DNA of 64,000 bases from Mustelus asterias (taxonomy: Eukaryota). The DNA lies in the NCBI RefSeq assembly GCF_964213995.1, contig NW_027590874.1, forward strand, positions 1-64,000, given 5' to 3'. Positions within the stretch are counted from its first letter, which is position 1, and each line of letters opens with the position of its first letter. The notes beneath the pieces are model-generated. The model saw only the letters and a program-made list of their open reading frames with translations. It was not told the DNA's origin and searched no databases. A program made the translations under genes and the position numbers. Positions 61,926 to 64,000 of this stretch are shown here, in pieces.

Positions 61926-64000
61926 TTCAGCTGATTGGAGAATATCATTGTGAATATTACTGTGTTTGGGATGTAATATTTTCCTGCTGTTGCCAATATG
62001 GCTATTTTTAACATAGTTTCTGGGATCCTCCAGTCTCCCCTCAGCACCTTTCTGGGCAGTGAGAGGTGACACACCGTTCACTAGCAGAGGGAGTTTTTGG
62101 TCCTGTCGCTGTCAATGGGATTTCCCATTGAAGTCACCTCACACTAGCAGGAAACCAGAGGCAGGGGAACGAGAGCAGAGAATTCCCCACGAGTGAACAG
62201 CCGGAGAATCCCGGACATTTGCTCCTTTCCCAGTTATCACTGCACTCAACCCAGTCGCTGTTTATACGCTCAGTTGTCTCAGTGAATACTACATTACACC
62301 ATGCTGCTGTGGACACTACAATCAACCCTTTTTGAGTTCTCACTGTATTAATACCATGTATGGATTGATATTTCATTGGACAATGTGCTGGGTTAGATGA
62401 ATATTTATTGATTCTTGTGATGTGGGTGTCACTGGCTAGGTCAGCATTTATTGCCCATTCCTAGTTGCCCTGGAGAAGGTGGTGGTGAGCTGCCGTCTTG
62501 AACCCGCTGCTGTCTATGTGGTGTAGGTACACCCACAGTGCTGTTAGGGAGGGAACCTGCTTAAATTATCACTGCATTTAACCATGTCACTCTTTATAAA
62601 AAATAAACTAGACCATGTCTGGGTAATGAATGTGGAACATGTCTCCATTTCTCTTTACCTCAGCACTGTATCTGTGTATATAACACTTTATACAGTTTCA
62701 ATGTTATTTATTAGTGTCACAAGTAGGCTTACATTAACACTGCAATGAAGTTGCTGTGAAAATCCCCTAGTTGCCACACTCCGGCGCTGTTCGGCTTCAC
62801 CGAGGGAGAATTTAGCATGGCCAATCCACCGAACAGCGTGTCTTTCAGACTGTGGGAGGAAACCGGAGCACTCGGAGGAAACCCAGACACGGGGAGAACA
62901 TACAGACTCCACACAGACAGTGACACAAGTCGGGAATCGAACCCGGGTCCCTGGCGCTGAGAGGCTGCAGTGCTAACCACTGCACCACCCCTATAAACTA
63001 GATACAGTTTCTCTTCTTAATGCATGGGGCCATCCCTCTGTATATACTACAATTGGTCTTTACTTAGTTATTGCTTCACTCAACTATGTCACTGTTTCCA
63101 ATGCACTCAGTGAAGTCACAGTTATTAACGCACGCAGCCATGCCTCTATCTACACCACACCCGACAATTTCTAAGCTGTTGCTGCACTTCCCCAGGAATA
63201 GATTTGATCTGTTTCTCTTACATTCAGCATCATCGGAGATACTGCTGTGTTCGGCCTTGTTTCATTCATTACTCAACTCACCTGTGTCTCAGTTTTATTT
63301 TACACAAGTTCCTGTCTTTCTTATTCCTACATTCTCCCCTGTTTCAGTTGTTACTGCACTGAAAAATCTCTCTGTTAGATAGACAGAGAAAGAGAGTCAG
63401 CTGGATGGATAGACGAATATTCCTTTCAAGTTATATATTTGTGTGGGTCAGCTGGTGCCACCACTCTTGTTTGGAACAGTTTTTGTTTGGTCTTGTTACC
63501 AGCTATTGGGTGTTGTGTGAAATGTCCAATTGCTCCAGTATTGTGTGTGTAATATTGGTGTTGAAAGATTGGGTGAATTTCGCTCGAGTCTCTTGGAGAT
63601 GAGCAGAAATTGAGGAAGGGAAATAAAGTTGAACGTCGGTAAAGGGAAAGTGACCACAGTCCCAGATGACGATCTGCTGCTCTCCCCTTTGAGGGGGAGA
63701 ACTCACTGGCGGTGATTTACCACACCTCAGGCCAGGGGAAAGGTTGAAAGGGTTGGGCTTTCATGACGTGTTGGAGACTTTGTGCATCTCAAACCAGCTG
63801 TCCAGCCAACTGAGTGAACCAACTTCCATAAGACGGAGAAATCATCTGGCCGGGAACACAACAGCGACATTTTTCAGGGAAGCTCGGAGCCAGCTGTGTC
63901 TCAGTGGATCATAATCTGACCTCAGAATCATTCAATTGTGGTTTCAGTTACAGCATCAAATTCTCGGCCAGGCTGGAAAACAAATCACTCCTCAAATCCC

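Larger units (their letters stand above)
52743..63830 (+). repeat. Segmental duplication copy B
   Basis: Colinear with 26748-41532. Lacks 28071-29398 and 31152-33271 of copy A; has an extra SINE. Confidence 0.95.

Noticed and set aside
25000-64000. D, J or constant-region exons
   Set aside because: By eye I found no 12-RSS followed by FGxG and a splice donor, and no C1-set ORF; a formal RSS/HMM scan is needed to exclude degenerate ones.

Overview
Vertebrate genomic DNA, almost certainly from a shark or other elasmobranch (abundant HE1/V-SINE-type SINEs, CR1, Rex/Babar and Penelope-like fragments), with four N-gaps. The left ~25 kb is a cluster of eight germline T-cell-receptor alpha/delta-type variable (V) segments, each followed by a heptamer and a 23-bp-class RSS. 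Five are apparently intact (V1, V2, V5, V7, V8), one has a single frameshift (V6) and two are decayed (V3, V4). Six lie on the minus strand and two on the plus strand. V5 has its leader fused to the V exon with no intron. A C2H2 zinc-finger gene and a two-exon GPR139/GPR142-like GPCR are interleaved with the V segments. The cluster also has recognisable ETS:RUNX, CRE, CCAAT and CTCF motifs and an orphan V promoter whose gene is missing. I found no D, J or C segment, so this looks like the distal (5') edge of a TCR alpha/delta locus, or an orphon. The right ~38 kb has no convincing gene. It consists of a recent segmental duplication (26748-41532 vs 52743-63830) carrying a CpG-island promoter and 52-bp minisatellite arrays, with a stack of LINE 3' fragments between the two copies. 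Family assignments come from motif recognition only; no database search was run.
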